64,000 nucleotides of DNA from an uncultured Pseudomonadota bacterium (GTDB lineage: Bacteria; Oederibacteriota; Muellerivitia; Muellerivitales; Muellerivitaceae), in contig CAWJKT010000009.1 of assembly GCA_963843375.1 (NCBI GenBank), positions 128,001-192,000 on the forward strand, given 5' to 3'. This document shows, one piece after another, positions 9,107 through 17,385 of this stretch. The notes under the pieces are model-generated. The model was not told the DNA's origin. It did not search any database and was given only the letters and a program-made list of their open reading frames with translations. The translations under genes were made by a program, and so were the position numbers. Each line of letters starts with the position of its first letter. Position 1 is the stretch's first letter.

Positions 9107-9159
9107 AGGAGCCATCGTGGACACCTAATTTCCTTGCTTGAGAATAACCCCAAGTGATT

Positions 9160-10005
9160 TTAGGATTTACGGCCCTTGACCGCCGAGTTCCTTTTTAAAA
9201 CCCTCTGAACCTTATCCCAAAGCTTCTTCGATATGAGGGGTTGGTATTTGCCCTCGTAATGTTGTCCCTTCCATTGGAATGTTCCCGAATACATCTTGTT
9301 GGTGAGGATTTTGTGAACCGTACTCCGGGGAAGTGGCTTATTGCTTTTGCGAAAGACTAATCCCTTGGCTTTGAATTTCTCCGTTATCTCGTTGAGGGAA
9401 TAATCCCCTGAAGAATAGGTTTTGAATAGACGGATTACAAAAGGAGCCAAACGGCGATCCGGTTTGATGGTTCTTTTTCCCGCCTTTCCCAAAATGTTCT
9501 TATAACCCATGGGAGCCACCGAAGGCCAAATCCCCTGTTCCGCTTTTTCCGTCATGCCTTTACGAGTCTCTTCCGAAAGGTTATCCACGTAGTTCTTGGC
9601 CATCAAGACCTTAATCCCGTGGATGAACTTGTCGGCGGATTTGGAGTGGCTTGAAACGACGGCCCCTTCCTTGACCAAATGGATCTCAATGTCGATATCC
9701 TCCAAACAGACGTAATCTTTGAAATTGCGGTATAGGCGGTCGGTCTTCTCGACCAGCAGGTACTTGCAGTTGGAGTTGTTGATTAGGAAATCCACCATCT
9801 TCGCGAAGCCTACCCGACCCGATTGTTTGGCGGTTTCCACGTCGCGGAATTCCTTCACAATCTCGAAACCCTGGGTTTGACCATATTGACGAAGAAGCCT
9901 CAACTGGGCGGGGATTGAGAAGCCCTGCTTTTCTTGTCCCTTCGAGGACACCCGGACATAGAGGACGGCCTGGATGGCTCGACTGACCTTGCGATTTGAT
10001 TTCAT
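9160..10005 (-). CDS. Serine recombinase (resolvase + recombinase domains; lacks the Zn-ribbon/coiled-coil C-terminus)
   Basis: YVRVSS catalytic motif, DRLYRN, APMGY, ILTNKMYSG, QPLISKKLWDKVQ. Confidence 0.9.
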   Translation of the reverse strand: MKSNRKVSRAIQAVLYVRVSSKGQEKQGFSIPAQLRLLRQYGQTQGFEIVKEFRDVETAKQSGRVGFAKMVDFLINNSNCKYLLVEKTDRLYRNFKDYVCLEDIDIEIHLVKEGAVVSSHSKSADKFIHGIKVLMAKNYVDNLSEETRKGMTEKAEQGIWPSVAPMGYKNILGKAGKRTIKPDRRLAPFVIRLFKTYSSGDYSLNEITEKFKAKGLVFRKSNKPLPRSTVHKILTNKMYSGTFQWKGQHYEGKYQPLISKKLWDKVQRVLKRNSAVKGRKS

Positions 10006-10082
10006 TTATTTCCTCCGGTAGATAAGTTAAGGCATAAAGTTTCCATTTCAGAGGATAGGACCTGAGAGGAATAAGGCGAAAT

Positions 10083-10439
10083 GGAGTTCAATCCATTTGA
10101 ACTCAAAAAGTGGTTTTAGAGATTATTTATGGCGGGTTTCCAAAATTTTTGGAACGTAATGATGGAAGTTATTGGGAAGGTTTCTCACGACTTTATGGGA
10201 CTAAGTGGTTTATTGGGGTAAGTCTGAAGGGAAAGGACTCGTGGCGCAAGTGAGTGGCATAAAGGCTATAAGAATCAGGGATGAATGAGGACGGTGTAAG
10301 TTCTTAGGACAAGCTGGCGGATAAAGCCCAGAGGAAACCAGCGGCAGTGGAGTGAGTGTTGGGTGTTTTTGTCCATTCCAAAGGAGTTCAATTCATTTGA
10401 ACTCAAAAAGTGGACTTGAACCTTATTCAAGGCGGGTTT
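10083..10439. repeat. Two ~57-bp direct repeats exactly 300 bp apart, each with the palindrome GAGTTCAA-N5-TTGAACTC
   Basis: Palindromes at 10084-10104 and 10384-10404, both followed by AAAAAGTGG...TTATT...GGCGGGTTT. Confidence 0.85.
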
Positions 10440-10531
10440 TTCCATGCTCCGATGGCGAACCCCCCTATCTACGCATCAATAGAAATGCGTAAACCGATAG
10501 GGGGGTTCGCCCTCTCCGCATGGAAAAACCC
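10434..10531. repeat. 98-bp imperfect inverted repeat (long hairpin)
   Basis: Nested arms GGGTTTTTCCATGC/GCATGGAAAAACCC, GCGAACCCCCCTATC/GATAGGGGGGTTCGC and TACGCAT/ATGCGTA. Confidence 0.85.
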
Positions 10532-10815
10532 TTAAAAGTTATGAAACAGATTTGATGCGTAGATAAAAGAGTAATTGAATAGGAACAAGATTAAAGACAA
10601 AGACAGACATAGAGATTGAGGTGGGAGGACGGGAGTGAAGTGGTGGGGGAATTGAAGGGGAGCAGGAAAGACAGACCGTTATTGATGGAATGAGTGGGTG
10701 GTGGAAGATGAAGGGGTAGCGGGGGGTCAGTGGTAGGAGTGAAGTGGGTGTGGGTACGGTAGGGGGAGCAGGAAAGACAGGCCGTTGGGGAGCAGTGGTT
10801 GGGGTGAATGGCAGA

Positions 10816-11415
10816 TTAGTTTTGGATTTTCCGGGACCAGGCTTTTTCAGGATCTTCCAGGTCGCGGTTGACGAGGGACAGGTCGAATTCCTCGGGGTCA
10901 TAGGGTCTCCCGAACCACTCTATTAAATCCTCTCGATCCGGGTGGTTGGGATTCTTCATGGCTTCCACCAGGTTCTCGTATCCGGTGGTGCTTCCACAAT
11001 CCTCAGGGGGACAGGCGCGGGCCCCGGAGAGGCAGAGGGGGTATGGGCGGAGGGGATCAGAGGCTAGAACATCCTCTAAGACGATGTCATGTTCCCAGGC
11101 GTCCCCAAAGTCATAGAGGTATTCCAGGCGGTCGCCGGGTTTAAAAAGGACCCTTGAAAGGGGCACCTCACGGGAGTCGGTGTACTCTTTATCGTCGTAG
11201 CGGTCGTTTTCCGGGTCGGGTAGCTGAAAATGGGTTTCGTCCTTGATGAATTCGTGCAGGTGGCTGTCCGACCAGCCCATAGCCAGTTGAAGGACCTCAT
11301 GGAGTTCGTGAAGGGTAGTGGTGGGGGAAACCAGCAGTTGTCTCCAGATGGGCGGGTGAATGTCCTTGAGGGTGACTTTGAGCCGGTAGAGGCGTTGGGT
11401 TTTGGAGGGTGTCAT
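10816..11415 (-). CDS. Plasmid pRiA4b ORF-3 family protein
   Basis: LKVTLKDIHPPIWR, LHEVLQLAMGWSDSHLHEF, YLYDFGDAWEH, GARACPPEDCG. Confidence 0.9.
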   Translation of the reverse strand: MTPSKTQRLYRLKVTLKDIHPPIWRQLLVSPTTTLHELHEVLQLAMGWSDSHLHEFIKDETHFQLPDPENDRYDDKEYTDSREVPLSRVLFKPGDRLEYLYDFGDAWEHDIVLEDVLASDPLRPYPLCLSGARACPPEDCGSTTGYENLVEAMKNPNHPDREDLIEWFGRPYDPEEFDLSLVNRDLEDPEKAWSRKIQN

Positions 11416-11539
11416 GAAATTTCCGTCCTTTATGAAAGGGTTTTGGTTTTTTTGGTGGCCGTTTAAGGCCGGGTGCAACGGAATCGAAATATAACATCAC
11501 AAGGCACGAAAGAAAATAACCTTGGGGATGATTCATTAA

Positions 11540-11580
11540 GGGGGCTTCCAGGAAAACCACCAGGAAGCCCCCTTTTTTTT
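11540..11580 (+). terminator. Intrinsic terminator-like hairpin
   Basis: GGGGGCTTCC...GGAAGCCCCC followed by 8 T. Confidence 0.6.
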
Positions 11581-11759
11581 GAGTGGATGGAAGGGGATGG
11601 GGTAGTTAAGGGAAAACGGACTTATTCCAAGATAAAAAAAGGTATGTAATAAAAAACAGACTTGAAGACAACACTCAGAATCAAGAAGGCCATTTAAGGG
11701 GGAACGAAAAAGGGAAAGCACCTTTTTCGTGGGCCTTCCCCCTGGGTCAAGCTACCCGC

Positions 11760-12300
11760 TCTGCCAATCGCAAATGGCGATTGGCACAACCAAGGCTCTG
11801 GTGCCGTCTTGTGGACGGCACCAAGGTGAAAACCGCGGGCATCTTGACCCACCCCTATCCTCAGGGGCTTTGCCCCCGAACCCCTTACCAAAATGGAATT
11901 GCCCCTTTTGGAATTCCCGGAACCGTTGGTGGGGATTGAGTGGGAGCGTTGAAGATCCCTTTCCTTTTCCAGCGGGGACCCCACCAAGCCGTAAGCCCCC
12001 TCACCGTCTTGCAATCCTTCCCAATTATTTTAGCTCTTCTTGGAATAACGTTTTGGGGGCTACACAGCCGTTCGGCTGCAAGCCGGCGTGGGGGCTTACG
12101 GATTGGTACACCCCCGCTGGCACAGTCCCGTCTGGGCGACGAACAAATGCCGCCCTGACAGGACTGCGATAAAGGAAAGGGGCGTTTGAGTCCTCAGGGC
12201 CGTTTCCAGAAAGCCAAAGTTCGGCGTAGGCCAAAAAGATACCGCCTCGGTTTGTCTTTCTGGAAAGGGTCCCCCTTCCCCTGACGGGGAAGCGGCGCTT
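11760..12300. other. Non-coding region dense in nested inverted repeats (ssDNA leading-region/origin-like, or structured RNA)
   Basis: Hairpins TGCCAATCGC..GCGATTGGCA and TGGTGCCGTC..GACGGCACCA; long-range pairing across 11957-12181; no credible CDS. Confidence 0.6.
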
Positions 12301-12323
12301 CGGGTGGAGAGGATTCAAAATCT

Positions 12324-12371
12324 AGGACTATTCAGTCGAAGGACTGTTCAGTCAAAGGACTGATCAGTCCA
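12324..12371. repeat. Three tandem 16-bp repeats with internal dyad (AGGACTRWTCAGTCVA)
   Basis: aggactattcagtcga / aggactgttcagtcaa / aggactgatcagtcca. Confidence 0.85.
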
Positions 12372-12856
12372 AGGATTGGTGAATGGATGAAAGCTGACAG
12401 CTAAAGCTGTCAGCTTTCCTGATACTGGTTGTTATTTTTTCTGAGGATCACATAGGGTTCGTGAGTGGTAGTTCCTTCCTGAAGTTTCTTAAGTCATCCC
12501 CTACAGCCAACCTAGAGTTCCGGTAGTTGAGGTATTTGGACGATGGTCAGTTTCGGGAGTCCGTCCCGAGGCCTCATTGCGGTTTTTCTTGATTCCACGG
12601 CCACCCTTGCAAGGCAACTTTTGCGCCAGCCGAAGTTCACGGCTGTCACAAAAGTTAAGGGTGTCCTTCGTTTTTTTGTTCCTCATTAGTTCCTGAATTT
12701 TCCCACGCACGAACTCCCCAAACTCCGGCTTTTGCCTTCTCCCTCCCCCCTCAGGCTTTTGAGGGGGGAGGGGGAAGGCGGTTTTTAAAAGGCGAAGTCC
12801 TTTCGGACAAAGTCCCTTCGAACTAAGCCCAAAAAACAAAAAGGAGGTGGTGGGAG

Positions 12857-12994
12857 ATGACGGAGGAACAGGAAAAAAAGGAACCGAAATGGTGGGAGGC
12901 CGAAGGGAAGGAGCCTTTGGGCTGGAAGGTCAGGGAAGAGGAATTGGACTTGGCCTTGAAGAAGGTTTTGCAGGAATGGATGGGCGAGGCATGA
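12857..12994 (+). CDS. 45-aa acidic, Trp-rich hypothetical protein
   Basis: RBS AAGGAGGT upstream; MTEEQEKKEPKWWEAEGKEPLGWKVREEELDLALKKVLQEWMGEA; below the ORF track cutoff. Confidence 0.55.
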   Translation: MTEEQEKKEPKWWEAEGKEPLGWKVREEELDLALKKVLQEWMGEA

Positions 12995-13100
12995 ATGCCC
13001 GGCATGACATGCCCCGTATGACATGCTTCGCATGAAACCCATTCAACCTTTTGACTTTAAGGAACTCATTCACTCACTAACCAACACAGGAGGAAAAACC

Positions 13101-13979
13101 ATGAAGAGGAATATAGCGGAAGAAATTACGGGCAGGATTTTAGAGGACTTGGAAAAGGGAGTTTTGCCTTGGGAAAAACCCTGGAAAGCGGGACGGGGTT
13201 TGCCCCTGCCGATGAACGCCAGCACCCAGAAGCACTACCGAGGAATTAACGTCTTTGTCCTTTGGGACGAACAGGCGAGGCGGGGATTTTCTTCCCCGGC
13301 TTGGGTGACCTTTAACCAAGCCAAGGCTTTGGGAGGAACCGTCAAAAGGAGCGAAAAGGGAACGGGGGTTGTTTTCTACAAGCGACTCGCCAAGACCAAT
13401 TCTTTGAACCTCGACGATGAAGTCATGCTGGAAGAACAGACATTTTGGGTCTTGAGGACTTATACGGTCTTTAACCTCGACCAAGTGGAGGGGCTTGACC
13501 ACCTGAAACCCAAAGTTGAAACGGTGAAGCCTTTTGCCGCCATCGAGAGAGCCGAACGGCTCTTGAAGGATTCGGGAGCGAAGATCATTCACGCCGCCAT
13601 TGACCGGGCTTTTTATGAACCCAAGGGGGACTTGATTACCCTTCCCTTGAAAGGGAGCTTCAAAAATCCGGAAACCTATTACTCCACGGCCCTGCATGAA
13701 TTGACCCACTGGACCGGAAACGAGGCCCGATTGAATCGGCAATTCGGGAAGCGGTTTGGGGACCAAGCCTACGCTTTCGAGGAATTGGTGGCCGAAATGG
13801 GAGCGGCATTTCTTTGCGTCTCTTGCGGCATTCCTTATGACACCCAGCACGCCCGCTATATCGGTGACTGGATGAAAATTTTGAAGGACCACAAGCGGGC
13901 CATCTTCACGGCGGCGGCAAAAGCCCAGGCCGCTATGGACTTTGTGTTGAAAACCCAATTTGAGGAAGCGGTAGCCTGA
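13101..13979 (+). CDS. ardC: ArdC-family ssDNA-binding antirestriction protein with zincin-like domain
   Basis: PWEKPW, YRGIN, WVTFNQA, VFNLDQ, HELTHW, YAFEELVAEMGA; RBS AGGAGG before ATG 13101. Confidence 0.92.
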   Translation: MKRNIAEEITGRILEDLEKGVLPWEKPWKAGRGLPLPMNASTQKHYRGINVFVLWDEQARRGFSSPAWVTFNQAKALGGTVKRSEKGTGVVFYKRLAKTNSLNLDDEVMLEEQTFWVLRTYTVFNLDQVEGLDHLKPKVETVKPFAAIERAERLLKDSGAKIIHAAIDRAFYEPKGDLITLPLKGSFKNPETYYSTALHELTHWTGNEARLNRQFGKRFGDQAYAFEELVAEMGAAFLCVSCGIPYDTQHARYIGDWMKILKDHKRAIFTAAAKAQAAMDFVLKTQFEEAVA

Positions 13980-13993
13980 AAGGAGGCGGAACC

Positions 13994-14471
13994 ATGAATA
14001 AGCAATTGGCCTTGAGATTTAATTTGGAAAATTTGCCCGTTCCAACGGTTCCGCCCATTTCATGGGCGGAGGCCAGAGAATCGTACAAGCGGGGTCCGGT
14101 GGTGAGCGCTCCACAGGATGCGGCGGATTATTTTCGCAGGTATATCGGGGGAAAGCCCAATGAGTCTTTCCTCTGCATGTATCTCGATCACCGCAACCAT
14201 GTTTTGGACGTGGTCTTGGAAAGTGAGGGAACGGTGGATCATGCGGCGGTCTATCCCCGGCAAATTTTAAAACGGGTTTTGGACTTGGGGGGTACCGGAA
14301 TCATCCTGTCCCACAATCACCCGGCGGGGAGCTTGGAACCATCGGAGGGGGACAAGGCTTTGACCCGGCAGATTTTAGCCGGAGCGCCGCGCCCTGGGGG
14401 TTTCCATTCATGATCACTTGATTGTCACACATGAGGGGCACTTTTCGTTTCGGCAGGCGGGGTTGTTATGA
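13994..14471 (+). CDS. RadC/JAB-domain protein (frameshift near 14388)
   Basis: EGTVDHAAVYPR and HNHPAGSLEPSEGD JAB motif; C-terminus IHDHLIV..HFSFRQAGLL continues in another frame. Confidence 0.85.
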
Positions 14472-14607
14472 AATCGCCTTGGAAAGGAGGCCGACCGCCT
14501 CCTTTGCCGACTTGTCTTCGTGACCAAAGGGGGCGGCGCTGGGGGATTGGTTACAAAAATGAAAAATTTGGTTTTTTTAGGGGTAGCTCCGAGGGCGACC
14601 CCTTATT

Positions 14608-15222
14608 TTATTTCTTGAAGGATTTTTGAACACGCCCAACCCGTTCAGCCTTGTTTCCGGGATTGTCGTCCACTTCCGGTGGGAATATTTTGGAAGAATA
14701 TCTGTCCAAAACCGAATCCAGGGGGATTCTTAAATCCGCGGCTTTGACAAGCTCACGGTTTTGGTTGTCCTGGAAAGTAGCGATTTCAACGTGACGGCCA
14801 AAATCCTTGACGTTCTCCAGGGCTGAGGAATACATTCCGTCCTCGGTTACGACGATTGCGGTATCAAAGGTTTTCTTGGCGGCGTGAAAAACCAGATCAG
14901 AGGCGAATAAAACATCCATTCCCTTTTCGTGGACCCTTCCGTCCGACGTGGTATAGAGGCGTCCCAAACGCAGTTCCAGATGTGGCGTTTTATCGAGTGA
15001 ATCGAGAAACGAAATTTGGGTTTTGGCTTTGTCGGGAACGAGGTCTTTATCGTAGGCCACGTTGTAGTAATAGGTTTTCACCAGCTGCCGGTCGGGACCG
15101 GCCAGGGCGAGGCTTAGCTGGTAATAATCGACCCGGGTGACCCGGTTGTTACGCTTGAGGCCGAAATAAAAATTGTTTCCATCGATGAAAACACAGACAC
15201 GTTCCATATACCGATCAACCAT
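14608..15222 (-). CDS. NYN-domain (LabA/DUF88, PIN-like) protein
   Basis: VFIDGNNFY, EKGMDV, IVVTEDG motifs. Confidence 0.85.
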   Translation of the reverse strand: MVDRYMERVCVFIDGNNFYFGLKRNNRVTRVDYYQLSLALAGPDRQLVKTYYYNVAYDKDLVPDKAKTQISFLDSLDKTPHLELRLGRLYTTSDGRVHEKGMDVLFASDLVFHAAKKTFDTAIVVTEDGMYSSALENVKDFGRHVEIATFQDNQNRELVKAADLRIPLDSVLDRYSSKIFPPEVDDNPGNKAERVGRVQKSFKK

Positions 15223-15251
15223 TCTTGTGTTAATAAAATACCGGCTTTGGA

Positions 15252-15479
15252 TTAGGAAGTTATTTTCATAAGCTTCCAGGGCTCCACCCCTACCACTTCT
15301 GACGCGCGAAGGAAGGATTCTAAGCTCATGGGATTTCCAGTTTCCAGCAAAACCCAGCGTTTGGGCGTACAGCCATAGGCTTTGGCGGCCTTGGAAATGG
15401 AAAGGCCCGCTTTTTTCCGGGCCTTGCGGATGTTCTGGCCGATTTTCTGGTGGAATTCCTCGCGGTTCATGACACCCAT
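15252..15479 (-). CDS. XRE-family helix-turn-helix protein
   Basis: IGQNIRKARKKAGLS..LETG pattern. Confidence 0.75.
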   Translation of the reverse strand: MGVMNREEFHQKIGQNIRKARKKAGLSISKAAKAYGCTPKRWVLLETGNPMSLESFLRASEVVGVEPWKLMKITS

Positions 15480-15589
15480 ACTAGGCTGATTTTCAGAAAC
15501 CTACTTAGCCAGTAAATACTACCTAGGTAGGAAATTCTGGGTTAAAATGGCCTTGTCGATAATTGATATGGTCGATTTAGGGCGAACCT

Positions 15590-15853
15590 ATGGATAACCT
15601 CATGCGGGTTAGTGAAATACTATCATCCTGCCTCACAACCGAAGCCGTCCTAAGCTTACGGCCAGTCATACAACCTGAAATGGCCTCTCCAAAAGAGGAA
15701 AAAGAGAGTGTCAAGAACCAACTCTTTGTGGAACTTCTCGAACACGCCGGGCAAATTGTGATGGGAAAATTGAACCGGGAATTGGCACCCGATGAGGTTA
15801 TGTTGGTTTATAACCGGGTCAAGCAGTTCATGACGGCCAGGGGATATGATTGA
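15590..15853 (+). CDS. Hypothetical protein
   Basis: 87-aa ORF divergent from the HTH gene; no recognised motif. Confidence 0.4.
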   Translation: MDNLMRVSEILSSCLTTEAVLSLRPVIQPEMASPKEEKESVKNQLFVELLEHAGQIVMGKLNRELAPDEVMLVYNRVKQFMTARGYD

Positions 15854-15981
15854 GTGGGTTTTGATCTTCTGGGGAAGTGGGGAAAGTGGCGGAGTTTTTA
15901 AATATGGTCTGCATTTCAAAAACTTGCCTCAGGTTAAAAACAGATTTATTCTAATAGTAGAAAGTGAAGAGGGAGGTTGCT

Positions 15982-16401
15982 ATGAAACTTTTACCCGAAT
16001 TATTACCACACCTTTTTACTTTTGGTCTTATTGCAGTGGGTTGTCTATTTGGGTTCGTTATTCTAGTTTGGGCATTTGGGCTCACTATTCTTCCGATTCA
16101 CTGGGTAATAACAAGAATCACTGATACCCGTTGTCCCGAGTGCAAAGGGTTCTTTACACGGAAGCTAATGAATTGGGAAGTCACGGACGAGAGGGAAGTT
16201 TTACGGACCGTTGACCGCGTGGATGAAGGGATTGTTTATTCCAACCACCTTTTGGAACCCAATCACGTCATAGAGATCAACCGCAGGGAGCAAGTGACTT
16301 TCGTGGAAAAAACTATCCTCAACCATTGGGCTTGTAAGAATCCCCTTTGTGGACATGAGTGGAAGTCCGAAGAATCAAATGAATTCGAAGGTTCCTTATG
16401 A
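15982..16401 (+). CDS. Hypothetical membrane-anchored protein with putative Zn-binding cysteines
   Basis: RBS GGAGG; N-terminal TM; CPECK and CKNPLC. Confidence 0.65.
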   Translation: MKLLPELLPHLFTFGLIAVGCLFGFVILVWAFGLTILPIHWVITRITDTRCPECKGFFTRKLMNWEVTDEREVLRTVDRVDEGIVYSNHLLEPNHVIEINRREQVTFVEKTILNHWACKNPLCGHEWKSEESNEFEGSL

Positions 16402-16422
16402 AAGCTGTCGTTATAATGCGGC

Positions 16423-17385
16423 ATGGCACTCGACCTAGAACGTAAATTAGCCCTGTTGACCTTGTTGGCCAAATCCAAGCAATCCTTGGATTGCCGGGAA
16501 ATATTTCAAAACCTACCCACTTTTTATAACGATCAAAAACGCCAGTACAGTTCCACTAAAAAAATGTTCGAGCGGGATAAAGAAGAACTCATCGACGCGG
16601 GGTTTCTTGTCCTGGCCGAACCCATGGAAGTGGACAACGAGTTTCGTTACCGCTTGCATAAACCAGGGGAAATTCTCGACCGTCAATTCACGTTTACGCT
16701 AGAGCAAACCCAAATTCTTCGATCTCTTTTAGAAGACCCGCTATTTGTTGGGCAGGTGCCTGGCATAGCCTTAGCCGCGATCAGCAAATTATTGTCCTTT
16801 CATGGCCGGCTGGATGTGCAGTCTAAAACTATCGCTGCCAGCATTAAAAAAGAAGACCACAACCTAACCTTGGCCCTACAAGCGGGGCAGGTGAGTAAAG
16901 CCATCGAAGTGGAATATCCATCCCATTTGACTGACAAAATGGAACGACGGGTGTTTAGCCCCTACGGAGCCTTTTTGCGCACGGGCAAGACCTATCTAGT
17001 GGTTTGGTGCCATCGAGACCATGTACTGAAGGTTTTAGACATGAAACGCATGGGTACCATTCGCATCGCCCGAGAAAATTACCATGAAGCCCCAGAAGAA
17101 TTGACCATTGAGAATTTTTCCCAAACCCACAACTGGATTAGTGTGGAAGGCCGGGGCCATAAAATTATCCTGAAAGTCAAAGACAGCCAGGCCCATCGGA
17201 TAAAAGAGCATCACCCCTTCGCGGTGACACAAGAAAACCCAGATCATTCCATTTTGGCGGTTTATTTTGTGACCAACCTGCCCCGATATTTTAAATATGT
17301 GCTTTCCTTTGGCCGGGACGCGGAGATTTTAGAACCGCCTGATGTGCGCCAGTCCTTTCTCAAGTTTTTGGTGCAGAACACATGA
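16423..17385 (+). CDS. PafB-like HTH-WYL-WCX transcriptional regulator
   Basis: ERKLALL..KMFERDKEELIDAG (PafB-type wHTH signature MFERDKxEL), RVFSPY..TYLVVWC WYL region, GRDAEILEPPDVR WCX region. Confidence 0.88.
   Translation: MALDLERKLALLTLLAKSKQSLDCREIFQNLPTFYNDQKRQYSSTKKMFERDKEELIDAGFLVLAEPMEVDNEFRYRLHKPGEILDRQFTFTLEQTQILRSLLEDPLFVGQVPGIALAAISKLLSFHGRLDVQSKTIAASIKKEDHNLTLALQAGQVSKAIEVEYPSHLTDKMERRVFSPYGAFLRTGKTYLVVWCHRDHVLKVLDMKRMGTIRIARENYHEAPEELTIENFSQTHNWISVEGRGHKIILKVKDSQAHRIKEHHPFAVTQENPDHSILAVYFVTNLPRYFKYVLSFGRDAEILEPPDVRQSFLKFLVQNT

Noticed and set aside
10588..10609. Fifth TGTCTG-N10-TA-N3-T match on the minus strand
   Set aside because: Lies in a low-complexity tract, lacks TRCC and the upstream box, and has no nearby ORF; likely chance.
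12324..12371. Short palindromic repeats as a mini-CRISPR
   Set aside because: Units are 16 bp and directly adjacent, with no spacers.
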